64,000 nucleotides of DNA from Sphagnum compactum. Its lineage: Eukaryota. A program made the translations under genes and the position numbers. The notes under the pieces are model-generated. The model made no database searches, had not been told where the DNA came from, and was given only the letters and a program-made list of their open reading frames with translations. The stretch is from positions 2,356,001 to 2,420,000 of the forward strand of contig OZ234494.1 of assembly GCA_965153455.1 (NCBI GenBank). The letters are read 5' to 3'. Positions 63,100 through 64,000 of the stretch are shown here, one piece after another; within the stretch, counting starts at the first letter, position 1, and each line of letters begins with the position of its first letter.

Positions 63100-63505
63100 T
63101 GAAAAAATCCATATGAGATCCACCGAACCGGGATGCTTTAGATCGCGTTCCTGGTGCCTATGGAAAGCTGAGGAGGAGGAGGAGGAGGAGGGGTGCATTG
63201 GCTTGGTTTCATGGTGTTTGGACTTGCGGTGTAGAAGTTCTTGAATATTGAGTGATTTTTTCACTAGAAATTAAATTAAATTAAATTAAATCGTAGCTGA
63301 AAATTCTGGAGGGATTGGAATGTGCCTTTGGTGTCGTTGGAAAGATCTTGATGAGCAGGATTTAATAAAATTTATTTGGTGAGATTCGGATTCAGAATGT
63401 GGAAGATATTGATTTTTTAAGTGATTTTCTACGGATGAAAATTCAAATAAAATCCAAAAATAACCAGGTTTTCAGAAGGGAAAAATCAGTTGAGGACGTG
63501 GTAAT
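63100..63505 (+). mobile_element. Fragment of a dispersed non-autonomous (Helitron-like) repeat
   Basis: Weak in-window similarity of 63150-63250 to the reverse complement of ~6645-6740. That region's minus strand begins a|tctatatattaag at ~6813, a Helitron-type 5' end. The family assignment is from memory. Confidence 0.35.
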
Positions 63506-64000
63506 TAGAAAAAATATATTACAAACTTGTATGCCATGATTTAAGCAAATGTAGTTGCGTGATTTGTTTTTTCATATGTGTTTATTGTTTAGACACAAAT
63601 GTCATACATCTAAAACATGTACAAAACACATATAAATAAAACACAAAATTTTCATGTGCAAAATATATTTTGCATCAATATTATAAAATTATTGAATTGT
63701 GACTTAGGAAGTTTGTGAGGAATTGCAATATAATAAATAAATCAATGCAAAAACCAAACCCACACTATAGGAAATCACATGATGATAATAATGTCTTCTA
63801 AGTTTGTCGCTTTAAAACTTGATAAAGAAGCCAAAATGGCTTTTTATTGGATAGGGAGTAAGGGGTGAAGAGGGGTGAGGGTGGTTTTGGGCGCAAGTTA
63901 CAAGAGACTTTGTCAAGGTGAAACCAAAATCATCCTAAAATTGAAACTATAAGGTTCTACAAAAATTAGCCCTAACAAACCTAGAACAATTGGTGAAGAA

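Overview
This is eukaryotic nuclear DNA from a land plant. The protein sequences and repeat style suggest a moss, probably Sphagnum, but that is inference and not checked. Five intact protein-coding genes can be built by hand with consistent splice phases. (1) VARICOSE/EDC4 mRNA-decapping scaffold, +, 15572-22766, 13 coding exons. (2) Methionine S-methyltransferase MMT, +, 25821-32545, 12 exons, one GC-AG intron. (3) RCC1-repeat protein, -, 36017-33060, 7 exons, all introns phase 1. (4) Molybdo-flavoenzyme of the aldehyde oxidase/xanthine dehydrogenase family, +, 44586-55710, 27 coding exons. It has a divergent non-XDH substrate pocket and a possible spliced N-terminal membrane anchor. (5) Intronless rhomboid protease, -, 58622-57444. 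The first ~14.5 kb is decayed transposon DNA: Ty1/copia gag and integrase remnants, a probable solo-LTR-like repeat, an AT-rich Helitron-like element and a hAT/ZNF862-like transposase relic. Intergenic DNA carries many local tandem duplications, minisatellites, a Tourist-like MITE and telo-box motifs. No rRNA, tRNA, CRISPR array or prokaryotic system was found.
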